From Laetmonice hystrix (taxonomy: Eukaryota), in assembly GCA_965235115.1 (NCBI GenBank), contig OZ249436.1, forward strand, positions 15,068,001 through 15,132,000: DNA of 64,000 nucleotides, given 5' to 3'. This document shows, one piece after another, positions 41,601-54,200 of the stretch (within the stretch, counting starts at the first letter, position 1; each line of letters begins with the position of its first letter). Position numbers and translations under genes: made by a program. The notes below the pieces were generated by a model. That model was not told where the DNA came from. It did not search any database and saw only the letters and a program-made list of their open reading frames with translations.

Positions 41601-44600
41601 TCACTGCCGACTGGAGATAAACCCGTAAGCCCTGTAAGATGGGCTGCCCCTTCCTAGATCAAACGGTCGTGATGGATGATAAATTGAACGCTAACAAACA
41701 AAGGGAAAGTTGTCCAAGCATTCTCTTTATCCTCTTGGACCCATTATTTTACTGAAAGCAACACTTAAGGCCACATTCTTGACAGTTGGATGTGAAGAAT
41801 GAATATGAAACAAGATACCATTCCAACTTTCCTCGCAAGTATAAATACTATTGACTGTGTGTCGTCATCAAAGAAAGAACGCTGATCGTTTGTAAGTGAC
41901 TCTGTTTTCTTCTGTTCTGATTTTCCCCCTTAAATATAAATGCATGGTGACACTGTTATTCCCATATTTTTTATGGCATTAAATAAAAACTTCAGTATTT
42001 CAATCGGAGCGCGTCTTGACTTCTGCAGAAATTCTTTGACTTGGGTGAAAATAATAACTTTATTCTTCAGAAAGCCAGTTTTGTGACGGGCTGCGGCGCT
42101 GAAGCCTCAAGTCTAGCTCTGAAGCCATAGACGTCGCCACTTTATCCACGTGGGCGGAGAGAGCTCTGATGTTATCTTGATCAGACCCTAGTCGTTGTTA
42201 TTTATAAATTGGGAGCGGCAGATCTAATGGAGAATATTATGATACAGTGAACATGTGGAGTGTGATCTTTGATGGAAAAGGTGGTGAGAGGATAGCGTCA
42301 CAGACTCGGTACGAGTCTGTTCGTGATTCGTGGATCAATGAAAGCCACAACAGCCGTGCCATTTGACTGGGGGCGCTGTAATTGTTCCCGCAGAGATCAA
42401 TATAACAAACTCTGCCTTACGGCCACCATGTTTGTATCTACACTACTGTTCCGAGTTACTCAAGAGGAGAAACGTTCCAATATATCTAAGAGATTTTATT
42501 TAAGGCACGTTACTGGAAAGGGTTTATGTTTATTAATGGGCTCTGAACATATAATATTCAGTTGTTCTATTTGGACCTGCAGCAGTGTTGCTTTGCGAAT
42601 GTCATTAAGCCTACAAGTGTGACACTTTGATATCATTTAACCATAACATGGAAGGACTGTTAATGTAAATCTTTCTAATCGTTGTCATGAACTTGTCATG
42701 ATTTCGAACATGTGTGTTGGGTCTGCAGGTTGGTTTAGCATTATAAGGGTACTGCCCGTGGTTTTACAACGCCATAGATTAACGGTGATCAGCATAAGAC
42801 ACCCTTTCACAGGGGTAAAATAAATGTTCCGCCATGGCCCTCAGGTCTGTCCCTATTGATAAAAATGAAAGCTAGAGGGAACGTGACTGATGAATGACCC
42901 TATTAGTTTTAACACCCGAGTTGCCCTGTCCTGGTCGGTGCTCGGTTGTCGAGAAAATTAATTGTACGCCCCCGTTGTGTGACCAGGGCCAAGTCGATCA
43001 TGGCCTGGCGTTCCGGGAAATCTTTTACCTATAGTGCTCGCCGACAAGTGGTGTAGATTTTTGTGTGTGCAGAGGTTAGTAACCTGAGACCTGGGGAAGC
43101 AAGGCTACATGTAGTATTTAAGATCTGAGCATGCTATATGTAAAGTAATCAGGTGTCGATAAGCCCCTGATACTCGTCTCACTTACTGCTGGAGTTTGGC
43201 CCCTTTGGACAATGGGAATTTTGTGGATATTTTTTTTTTCTGAATTGCAAAACCTTCTAAGTAATGTTATTTTTAGGTAGACAAATATGATGCATTTTCT
43301 GTTAAACAATAGGGTTGTGGTATATGGTAGTGGCAGCAGTAGGTCGAGACACCTGGTGAATGCCTCACGACCCATAGTAATTGACGAATGTAAACTTACG
43401 TGTCCGGTCCTGCTTGTGTGAAATTAATAATTGAATAGTAATTAGTTGCCATGCACCATTAATGTCAGCGCATAATATTATCATTTGACTGTCGTTGACC
43501 CTAGTTAACTAATTATCATTAGCCCCCTCAACCTGTTAGGAAGCGGAAAATTAGTTGCCGATGTTGCAGTTTATCCCTGTAAAGTTACTTCATATAGATA
43601 GACTTCACAGTTTTAACTGTCACTGGAATAGATTGAGCAGCTTTCAATGGAAACTTAATAAAGAACACTCCATGTATAGGAGATTTGTACGGACGAGCCT
43701 TATACAATGACTGGGTCTTCTTATATCATTACTGAAAGGAAGAGGTTTGAATCACCAAGCTTAGCCCTTTGTCGCACCGTACACTATTATAATAGATACT
43801 AGTATTGTGCTTTATTCAGCCATGCTATAAAATGGTCACAGTAATAGGAGAGGCACCTCAAATGTTCTAATGAAATATCTATGACTACACCTTAAAGTGA
43901 AACGTTTTGTCATTGCAGATCTTTGCGCCAGCGTGTACTGTCACTACGGGCGGGTTTGTGAGAAGGGATTGTGTGTCTGTGCTGGGTCGGACTACTGCGC
44001 AGGCCACAATAAGGCGGTGTGTGGTACTGACGGAGTCACCTACCCCAGTCATTGCGAGCTCCACCGAATGGCCTGTGTCAACGGACAACACATCGGAATC
44101 GACCATTCGGGAAAGCGATGCCGCCTTGCCACAACCGGCAGAAACGGTAGGTCGTTAAACATCCAGTCTCGCCCTCAGGTTTCTGACAGAAAAACATTGA
44201 ATAAAAATTGAGGAAATAAAAGGTTCTCAAATGGCTGAATCCCCCGTTTGATTTCGGCATATTAGCCCAGTATTTATCAGAGAAAGGTATTGATTATTCA
44301 GCATCTGTTTCTGAGGCTGTTGGAACAGCTACCACCATAACGTCCATTATGGTGTATTTATAGAGTCACCTGATTCATGGAAATGTACACAAATATAAAA
44401 GATTTCTTCCACAACACTTGACACATCTCAGGTTGTACACGTCTCAGGTTGTACAAAGTCAACTGGGATGTGACAAGAAGAACCGAACAGCAGTTGGCTA
44501 TCAACGAATCAAGATAACGTTGTTGAAAGGGCAATGGATGCGCAAGAACACAAGGACCATAAGGTTTTGGTCAGTGTTATTATGACAGTTGGTCCGGCAA

Positions 44601-47600
44601 TGGTTACATAGATTTCCACAGGGAGTCGGGCGGTAGATTGCTGCTGACCTGTCCCTGATTCCTCCAGAGACCTGTTTAAGGGGGGCGTGTGGCACGGTCC
44701 TCTTGGACGGCGAACGGACCGTGCAGTCTGTGCCTCCGACAGGCGGAATCAGACAAGAGGCTTGAATTGACCAACTCGAGGGATATCCTCTTAATAGAGG
44801 TCACACTTTAGTGAGTGCATTGCCGTTTCTAAGGTAACTTGATGGCCGGTCTGGTGGGGTCCCATCCAAGCCTTTGGAAGCCACGGGACGATTCAGTGGT
44901 TCAGGCTCTATATATACAGACACCGAGATATTGTTGGTGTTTTGGGCTATAGTACATGCTATGTTGAATAACCGGTCCGCCGGGACTGATGACGTCTGCA
45001 TGGGTGTGGTTATTTCTAATTGAGACGGCATAACCAGTTGAGTGTAGTACATCTACATCTAATAATGCAGTGATAGCGTATAGCCACGCTAAGCTATATG
45101 TGGCAATCAATTTAGATAGCTAAGAATATCTTGCTTCAAGCCTTAACTCTACAGTAAATCCTGTCTTTTTCACCGTAATTCTGAATTCTCTGAAAAATAG
45201 AAAACATAGGATACATACGGATACATGATTCTTTTTTATTTCCCATGGCCCTATGTAGTGGGATATTTCCTGGTGCTTTGTAATAAAACTTGTGTGAATT
45301 GTTACATTTTGAAGAGAGAAAAGAGATCAAGTTAACTTTTTGGCCGTAGCCGGAGAAGCCCATCAGTGAACTGGTAGATATGTTGTCTTGATCCTGGTGT
45401 AGTGCTCTTAAAATGTCAGGCCTGATTTATTTGAAATTTTTATTTGATTTATCTGGCTGTCCTACAAGATCAAGAAAGAGATACGGATTTGGATACAAAA
45501 CCAATTTCAATATTTCAGTAATAAATATAATCTCAAGTCCTTTTTGTGTGGGTGGGTGTTTGTGGTGTTTATTCTGGCTCATGTGGTTAAGGATTTACAC
45601 AGTGCCAAGGAATCAGAGTGAGAAAATGGGTCAACCCTCGGCTTCGTGCAACGTAGCTGTTTGACGGGCAGTTGAGCCTCACCTTGTTTAACTGCATCGG
45701 CTTTAATCAGTTAGAAAGTGTATGTGGAAACGGACATCCGAAAGGTTAGGACTTATGAGGATGTCTACCGAGACCTTGTGTGTACGGCATTAAGTATGTT
45801 TGCTGCAGGAGCTGGAGTTTGAGAAAGGCCGGACAGCGATCGGAAAATTCTGAATATGACCAGTTTCACAAGCATCTGAACTGGCAGCTGCTCTGAGAAG
45901 CGTGTAATGCTGCAAACAGCAGCCGCCTTCCTTGAAAGCAGGAGAGACAAAGATTACGTTGGTCAACAAAAAGTCCCGATCAACAAGATTACGCGGAAGC
46001 CGCTCTTTTTTTGAAAAAGAAATCCATCAAGGTCTTGTTACTGGCGAGGAAATGCTCTTACAGGTTGTCACTGAGGGTTGGAGGCCGTTAGTTATGCAAT
46101 TATCAATAGTATATCTTTGGTATATTTGGTACCATAATTAAATGTGAAAAGCCATATAAAAGTGCCTTTTTTAGCATGCTCATCTCAGCTATATGTAGAT
46201 CTCTGTAGATCTATATGGTTTATCTCCCAATGCCTTTAAAAGCGACGTATTAATGTTATGTTTATCAGAAATAGGCTGATATTTTTGTCGGGTAAATTAA
46301 GGTCTTATTGTCGCAGCAATCATAAAATAGTACTGGCCTTCCAGTCAGATAGAAAATAAAACTTTTGAGGCGCGTTATCGGTAACAGTGGTCAACAGTCA
46401 GCCCCTGCGATGGTCTTATCAATAATTTCTTGTTTGGGCCTTGAGGATCGATTATTAAAATAATGATATGACATTAAAAAAGAATGTTTTCACCATTCCA
46501 TGGCACTTTAACTTCTTTGAATTTCCGGCCATTTTTGGACTGTAGAGTGCTTATGTCGGGACATGGCTGTCTCTTCGTTAGAGATTATTTTTAGCACCCG
46601 GACCCAGTCAAAGTACTAAGATACCAACCAAGATCTATAATACAACTCAAGGGGGAGGCGGAGGACGCCGCTACAGTTTCCCATGTACATTGCTTCTGGT
46701 GGATCACAGCTGCAGCTGTACTACAAGTCGGGACATTTGGCTGAAGGCGATGGCAACGATCCTTCCTCGCTATCTTTATTTCTTGTCGGTTCAAGAAGTG
46801 TGTGGAATGAAGCAGATTCTCTTGACAAAAAACGGTCTCCGGCACCACTGGAAGGGTATGTTTCCATATGGGCTTTCACCATGATGTGTATATAATTTCT
46901 CATACGTGTGGCGAGCAGGAGGTACCTGCAGGTATTAATATTTGATCACTTATACGGAGCCGATGAATATTCGTTAAAACTGACGTTTTTTGAAAATATC
47001 TTCACTTAGCCTACCTCAGCGGTTGCGGAAAAATGGTTGAACGTAATACCTAGCAAGATTTGAACTAAATGCGTTTCCTGAGGTAAAAATCTATTATGTA
47101 TGTGTGGCAATTTAGACAGCGGGAAAGTGTCGACGCAGACACAGCGCCACATAAATGTGGAATCACATTCAGTTTTTCTTGTCGGTCCCTGCAGGGGTCT
47201 CCACGTGCCATAGCTCATTGTCCCTTCTGCCTATACCAAAAGAAAGGCTTACTGGCATAGGAAGCATTTATAATTCAGAATGTATAATGTCGTTCCCCAC
47301 AAAGGGCACTTGATTTGAAGTACCTCAGTGACAAATTGTTTGCGCTCAGGTTGACGACGTGGTGGACAATGCCAGCGCCTTGGCCACCTCCTAATGTCGG
47401 AGTGCTCTATACTGCAGTCACAGACGATGGAGAGACGTATCACAAAATTGCGTTATAAATAACAAGGTGTTGCATGACGACATTCGTTTCCTTTAAACAG
47501 GATCTTCAGATTCTCTGAAGACAAAGGGTCCTTATCCCTCTGCAATGGGCAGAAAAAATGGCATGCATAGCGTGTCTCACGTAGGACTTTAATGCTAGGA

Positions 47601-48055
47601 TATTCCCCAATCATATCCCGCATGATTTTTATCCGAATGAATGTGGAAGATTTTCTTTTCCATTTGTGTGATGGGATGCGTGCGTCTCCCATAGTTCTGG
47701 AACATGTGCAGACTTCTTGTCAAGGATTGACCTGCATGTTTAATATTTCTTTATGAAATACATTGATCGTGTTGTACGTTGACTCGTGACGCTGCGGTTT
47801 TACGCAGAAATAATCCGTGGGGATATATCTGTTTGGGGTAATTGGAAACTTTCCGGTAGTGACAGCGGGATCCGTGCTGTGATTTGACATTTCTTTGAAT
47901 AAATATCATGGCTCAAAACTTAATGGGAGTAATTCGTGTGAAGTGTGTGCATGTGACGTATTCGTGAGCTAGTGAGTTCGCGGCTCGTTATAACAGCTGA
48001 GGACTGTCCTGTGTAGCACCAGCAGTACATGTTGTACTAGTCCGCATTTCTCCCT

Positions 48056-48090
<35 letters not shown>

Positions 48091-48131
48091 CTCTCTCTCT
48101 CTCTCTCTCTCTCTGAGTCTCTCTCTCTCTT

Positions 48132-48206
<75 letters not shown>

Positions 48207-51200
48207 GCCAACGATCTGCCGTCAGGATGAGCCGTATCTGCTTTCTAATTAAAGCCACCTCACTGATTGCAGCGAGAAAAGAAGCTTTAATACTTTCGCA
48301 CGGGACTTTGATGAAGCGTGTTTTTCTCGGTTGTTTTTTTATGATCAGGAGGAGGATCAGAGACCGACAGCTGGTCCAACGTGTGGCCTGGCTCGGTAGG
48401 CGGGGTTGGTGATCGGCCAGTGCTTCCAAACAAACCGTCTCTCGTGATTAGAAAACCTCCCGGAAATCCCGTGCCAATCATTGGCAGGACGTAAGCTATA
48501 TGAGTCCAGGCAGCGTCGAGGTGAAACCGGAGAATCTAACTGTTGATATTTGCCACTTGTCATGTAGTTTTTATGTCCTAGGTGACAAACGATGGTGGGC
48601 AGGTCTGGTGTCAATGGCCGGGTCGCCCCGGGGCCGGGTTGGAGTGTCAAAAGTCGGGAAAGGGGCTGGGTCCTGTTCAACTCAGATTTATTATTCAATT
48701 TTTCTGTTTTATTATTACTAAAGCAGTCAGATGTATTTCGTAGGTCTTGAAATATGCTAGCAACAATTTGAGAGACGGAGATCGGGACCAGAACGGTGAG
48801 AAATAGTTCCTCAAAGATCGTCAACGATTTGACTGCAGTAGTTTCATCTCGTCCAGAGGCCCGGTTATGGGAGTGCTGCTTCCGACAGGCAATACATAGA
48901 GAGAAACAGTGTGGAAATGGTGCGAGTTTGTAAACATTACCAAGGCTTGACACTGGTTTTGTAATCAAACTTACTCAGGGAAACGCAATTTTAAACAAGT
49001 AACATGGGTCTGTTTGGAAACCCTTTGGACCTCACGCCCAAGAATTGGTTGGATGCCTGCGAGGCCTCTATAATCTTGATCTGTCTTGTTACTTTACCGG
49101 GTTGATGTATGAGTTGTGGGGAGACCATAAAGTCTGTCGAGTGGTGTGCCATGCCCCCAGAACACTATGTGGCACAAACGTCGCGTGACACGGGTGACAT
49201 AAATGTGGAGATTGTTGGTGCGCCAGGCTTCATCAGCTGAGGATGATGGAGGCAGCCATCAAACTGCCATCGTCGTGTACATTAATCCATGCCGGGCTCG
49301 GATTTGGTTCTTGTTTGTTCCGTAGAATTACCCTTCACGGAGCTCTTTGTGTGGCATATTATACGAGTCAGTTTGACGGCCATACTGCAAGTTGTTATTC
49401 ATGATGTGAAACATGGAGTAATATCCATCGGATCAATTTTGGAAAAGTTAATATAAAAGAAAGGTTGTCAGCCAGTGTTTATTCTACATGGAGTAGACAT
49501 AACATGCAAGGCACGAGATGCAGTCCTTGAAATGGGTTTCGGAGAGTTCTACGTTGCATGTTGTGGCATTTTGTCATTTCATGCACTTACAGAACCAGAG
49601 GCTACAGCGAAGACCTGTGACATGTGTGCCAATGAGGTTATTTAATAATCATATGAAAGACGTTTGTAGAGACTGATGTATTTAACAGGCCATAATCCAC
49701 TGTTTGTGGATAACAGTAAGGTTAAATTATAATCCTAGAGAAGTCACATGAAGCGGGTCTACATTTGAACTGATGTGGCCTTTGGCGCCATTAAAATATT
49801 TGTTGTGTAAGTAGTTCTCTTGCAGTTCTCCTGGCATATATTTATATTGAGCGTAGCACATTTTGCTGTAGCTTAGCGAATAGGCTTACAGTGGTGGCCA
49901 TGAAATATGCATGGAATGTACCTGGTGACATTGAATCGAGGCTCACAATTGAGCATCAGGGTAAGTGTACTAACTTTGCCGACTACAACCATTGATGGTT
50001 AGATCTATAGACTGGAAAGAAATCGCTAGGTTATTATGCTCAAAGTGTTGACTAGGCCATTGAATGCTCGGAATGAAGATATGCCATCATCCATAATACA
50101 TCGGCGTTCCTTCAGTAGGTTGTCGATTTAGAATTATTTCGTTCTGATGACGTCTGGCCCTCTGGCATGATGACGTTAGTAACATTTTTTGACTGTTGAA
50201 AAGAAGTTAACAATGGTCAACCTTAGATGTGCCATGCTATGAGAGCCTTATAAATTGTGCAATATCCTCGCCAACAGGATGGTCAGACCGTATTTGTCGA
50301 CATTTCTCTCGTTGCTGACCGTCAAAATAAAGTGATGGACTGAAGGGTAGAGGGACCGTGTCGATTAGGTGATTTAGTACTCGAGTGGCGACACGAGGGC
50401 CGTGAGCTAGGCGGTGAGGTTTCACTTGTTGCTGCAGGCGGTCGGCCTACAGTGTCCCCTGAATGTTCACGTCGGTCGACACTGATAGGATTACAGCCAT
50501 TCCCGCGGCGGCACTGGCATACTGCTCTGTAACTGTGGAAAGGTCAAGGGTCAGGGCAGAAGCTATCACCGTCACCACGTACTTTACTCACCGTGAGATG
50601 CGGGATGGAAGCTTTGTGTCGTAGTGTCTGGATCGAAAAGAGTTTCCTGCGTTGGCCATAAAACCTTCACAGACATTCATTTGGGCTTAGTAGCTACTTA
50701 TGCTGTGCAGATGTATAGCATAAATGTAATGTGATTCTGTAGCTATCAGTTCAGGTGGTCGATCCTGAGTCACAATTAAAATTGTGTGCTGGCTGAGAGT
50801 GATCCTGGCATTGACAAGTTCCCAACTGAGAGATTGCTATACCATATCTATATCAAATTAATTCCTAAGATATTGCTAATATGTAGAAGATGAAATATTT
50901 GTGTATATCTAGCGCTAGGGTCTAATATTTTACCTATGAAAGCCAAGTTCGGTTCAGGGAAAGCGTAATACGCCTGGAAGATACCCCTATATGCTGTCCG
51001 TAAATCAAACCAGAGACATCATGAAAATGCAGCCTTACATCCCCTCCTGTTGGCATACACACGGCCGCCCAACACTGCTACAAAACATGATCCACCTAGA
51101 TAATGTTGATCTTACCATATTTACACAACTTAGATTGCCTCTGTGTATCAGATACATGTGTGCCGTGTCGACATTATTGAAGACACACTCATTTGCTTTC

Positions 51201-54200
51201 GTTTGTTGACCTGATGTAACAGGACCTGTTCGTGCATCTGGTTCCAGCTCATCAGGCTGCACATGGCTGGTCTCAGACCGGCAAGAAGCCAGCCACTACA
51301 AAGAAGTGTGTCTTGATCACATGGTTTTGCCGTTGTTAAAATAAAATACTGCAGAAGTTAATTTATGATGAGTTGTGATTGGCTGAAGTTACAACGAATG
51401 AACATCCAGAAAATCTGGTCTGGAGGAGGGCACATTGTACTGGGCAGTCATAATGTAACAATAGAATGCCGTTCTGGGCACAAAGAGAATGTCGGGGGCG
51501 TCGGTAGACGGTCTTCGCGTGCCTCAAGGTGTCCCATCGACTGTGCACCACCAGACAGATCTACCAACACCGGCAAACTGCCTGCAAACCCCAGGGATCA
51601 GACAACACATGGCAGAGATCTAAAACAAACATTTCTTAGCACCACACTCTCCGGGAATATTTTATTGAATTTCTGTTTTCTTTGGAAGGCAATCTACCAG
51701 AGGGAACGGTTTCTATGGAAACAGAATGTAATTCATATGATGTGAGAGTGCTTGACCTTGGTTATTGTCTGCTGGCTGTTTGGAATGACGTGTGAAATAT
51801 GAAAGGAACCGTGTTCATTCGTTCCTATTGTAGAAAGTGATCGTGGAAAGTAACCGGCAGTGGGTCTTGGGAGGCCCTGCTACTTTAGGGTTCAGTCACA
51901 CGGAAAACAAAATTTGTTTTCTCTGCCTTTATGGAGATTGAAAGGAAATAGTCCTGGTAGGCACTTGATAGAATCCTTAACACGATTTTCCGTTTTTCCC
52001 TCAAGATAAAATAAATAAATGAATACGTTATTTCGGATACGCTGCCCCGCAAGTTGTATAAAATTAGAGCGAGGTGACGAATTGATGGGGTTTCCGGTCG
52101 AGGGAGCCGTTGTTCAGAGACCACCACCGCCCGCGGCAGGCCCGACCAGTACGATTCACATTCTGGAGATTCCTCCCCCACCCGACTACCAAAACCCCCT
52201 CCAATCTCCACACAGAGATTGACCACTTGGTCGCCATTTAAACCATTTTGCTGCGCTGGTCAGCTGGCTTCCTCTCAAGGCGTAATGGCATTACGACCGG
52301 AGCCTTTTCATCAATCCTCCCCCACTTGCTGCAGTAATCGCACATTTTTGACGTTCATGGCCGGTAGCGACGTCCACGCTTCTTTTGAACGCTCCCTTCG
52401 AAAAGCCGCCGGGAAGTTCCCGGGGACGGGCGGGACTTACATAACCTCTCCTCTCTACCGGAGAATCGGTGGCGCTCCATTGTTGGCCGTGGCTCATGGC
52501 TGGAGAATGGGTGGAACCGCATTGTGCAGTCCGCTAGCTAGAGGCAGTGTGATTCCACACACACGGCCCTCTCAACGCCACATTGACCGGCTTCAGTCAG
52601 TGAGCCCTCCTCCCTCACCAATAGATACTTGGAACTCGCCATCAATGTGAGTGATTACCAAACCCAAAAATATCTTGGCATTGGTTCTATACGGCTCATA
52701 CGTCAGAGTGATAACCATCGGAAATTTCAAATATTTCCTGAAAAGCTAATCGAGAAATTGGTGCATGAATGATTTGACAAATTGCCCAAAAATAGATGAC
52801 ACAGTAATCCTTTCTTCTGTTTTGAGATGCAGAATTTGAATGTTGAGATTGTGTGGCAGCATGACTAATATTTGATTACTGATACAATTTTTCCCTCCCT
52901 TCTGATAAACCGAATTTGACTGATTAAGTTATTGGACAGGCATTATTAATATTTGTTTCGAAAATTAATAATAAGGGAACTGCCTTGAACATGATGGATT
53001 ACAGCATGACACTATAAAAAGGGCGTCTCTCCACGTTTTATTATTTCTTTTATAAATAGGAATTTAAGGTTGGATACATGTAGTATGCTTGGCTCTGACG
53101 TCCTAGCTGATAGTTTATTGAAGTCTTTTTGTGATAAATTGAAATCATCCTTGGACATGGTATACAATCACTGCAAAATATATCATCCTGTCTGATGCTC
53201 ACCAAACTGTAATATTATCCGCCTTTGAGGATTAGTTGGAACTGAGCATTAGCACAGTGTAACATTAATTCCATCATCACAGTTGACATTATATTTCCTT
53301 ACCTTAACAATCCACGAAACCTCTTGATGGAGTTACAGTGGATTGTAAAGAGGGGATACAATTTCAGCTTGACTTCAAAATGCCCTTTCTATAGAAACAG
53401 GAATAAATTTGCATACGGATTCAGGTTTTTTTATTGCGTGCAGACTTGCAGGGCTTCGGTTCATATGGCGAGAGTGAAGATGTAACCAATTGGAGTGGTT
53501 GTGGGAACACATATAGTATGTGTTAGATGACGTAGATCGGTTGTGGGCACACAGTATCGTAGATCGGTTGTGGGCACACATATAGTATCGTAGATCGGTT
53601 GTGGGCACACATATAGTATGTGTTAGATTGCGTAGATCGGTTGTGGGCACACATATAGTATGTGTTAGATTACGTAGATCGGTTGTGGGCATACATATAG
53701 TATGTGTTAGATTACGTAGATCGGTTGTTGGCATACATATAGTATGTGTTAGATGACGTAGATCGGTTGTGGGCACACATATAGTATGTGTTAGATTGCG
53801 TAGATCGGTTGTGGGCACACATGTAGTATGTGTTAGATGACGGAGATCGGTTGTGGGGCACACATGTAGTATGTGTTAGATGACGTAGATCGGTTGTGGG
53901 CACACATGTAGTATGTGTTAGATGACGGAGATCGGTTGTGGGGCACACATGTAGTATGTGTTAGATGACGTAGATCGGTTGTGGGGCACACATGTAGTAT
54001 GTGTTAGATGACGGAGATCGGTGGTGGGCACACATTAGTATCGTAGATCGGTTGTTGGCACACATATAGTATGTCTTAGATTACGTAGATCGGTTGTTAG
54101 CACACATATAGTATGTGTTAGATTACGTACATTGGTTGTGGGCACACATATAGTATGTGTTAGATTACGTAGATCGGTTGTGGGCATACATATAGTATGT

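Noticed and set aside
47969..48429. RE-repeat ORFs
   Set aside because: Translation of a (GA)n microsatellite.
48357..48968. 203-aa minus-strand ORF
   Set aside because: Non-ATG start, no recognisable motif, composition looks non-coding.
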